A stretch of DNA of 64,000 nucleotides from Mustelus asterias (taxonomy: Eukaryota), in the NCBI RefSeq assembly GCF_964213995.1, contig NC_135812.1, positions 79,546,001-79,610,000 on the forward strand, in the 5' to 3' direction. The position numbers were made by a program, and so were the translations under genes. Positions within the stretch are counted from its first letter, which is position 1. Every line of letters begins with the position of its first letter. Under the pieces are notes generated by a model, which was not told where the DNA came from, ran no database searches, and saw only the letters and a list, made by a program, of their open reading frames with translations. Below are positions 63,410 to 64,000 of this stretch, piece by piece.

Positions 63410-64000
63410 CACACTACTAGTACAGCTTGCCAACCAGAAACAAACTCATTTGTCCCCACTCTCTGCTTCCTGGTTAGCCAATGCTCTATCCAAAACAATA
63501 TATTAAACCCAGACCCATGGGATCTCACCTTATGTCATACCTTTTTTGCAGCACCTTATCAAAAGCCATCTGGAAGTCCAGATACACTACATCTACAGAA
63601 TCCCTATGATCCACTCTGCTTATTACATCTTCAATGAACTCTAACAAATCAGTCAAACATTATTTATCCTTCATAAAACCATGCTGATTCTGACGGATTA
63701 TATTTTGACTTTCTAAATGTCATGTTACTACTTCGTTAATAATGGATTCAAACAGTGACATACATTAAGCTAACTGGTCTATAGTTTCCTACTCTCTGCC
63801 TTTTTGAACAGGGGTGTTACATTAGCTTTTTTTCTAATTCACTGGAACCCGTCCAGAATCCAGGAAATTTTGGAATAGTATAACCAATGCCTCCACTATC
63901 TCTGCTGCCACTTCCTTGAAGATCCGAGGATGAAGGCCATCAGGACCTGGGGACTTGTCCACCTTTTATCCAAATAGTTTGCTCAGTACTTCTTCCTTCG

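Larger units (their letters stand above)
59085..64000 (-). mobile_element. Old CR1 LINE serving as host for nested HER1 (59735-60565), solo LTR (60706-61336) and Penelope (61543-63409)
   Basis: CR1 sequence resumes colinearly across each insertion; ORF 59827-60615 for the nested HER1. Confidence 0.8.

Noticed and set aside
63410-63528. N-terminal extension of the 549-aa Penelope ORF
   Set aside because: Lies outside the TSD in the host CR1; a chance in-frame fusion, not a full-length Penelope protein.

Overview
Eukaryotic, repeat-rich vertebrate DNA. The repeat content (HE1/V-SINEs, HER1/CR1 LINEs, a Deu-type SINE, Penelope elements) points to a shark or other cartilaginous fish; this is inferred. 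The window holds three tandem + strand immunoglobulin-superfamily genes that I could splice by hand into open frames: gene 1 (CDS 2112-11609, 287 aa), gene 2 (27639-32244, 298 aa) and gene 3 (42533-47850, 289 aa). Each encodes signal peptide, IgV, IgC, TM and a short tail, with a B7/PD-L1 (CD274)-like exon layout. All three V domains lack the canonical F-strand cysteine and carry an A-strand cysteine instead. Genes 2 and 3 share a GAS + NF-kB + ISRE promoter module and have near-identical V exons but roughly 50%-identical C domains. The V-domain substitutions cluster on the predicted receptor-binding face. The most unusual non-coding signal is a family of rearranged U2-snRNA-derived units: a ~280-bp tandem array at 23125-24240 and a dispersed copy at 36225-36414. 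In these the branch-point-pairing segment is interrupted by a new hairpin, suggesting a possible shark SINEU-like or variant-U2 system. The rest is nested transposable elements: CR1/HER1, a 5'-inverted RTE, Penelope with hammerhead motifs, Harbinger-type MITEs and a transposase relic, solo LTRs and SINEs. All family assignments come from motif recall, not database searches.
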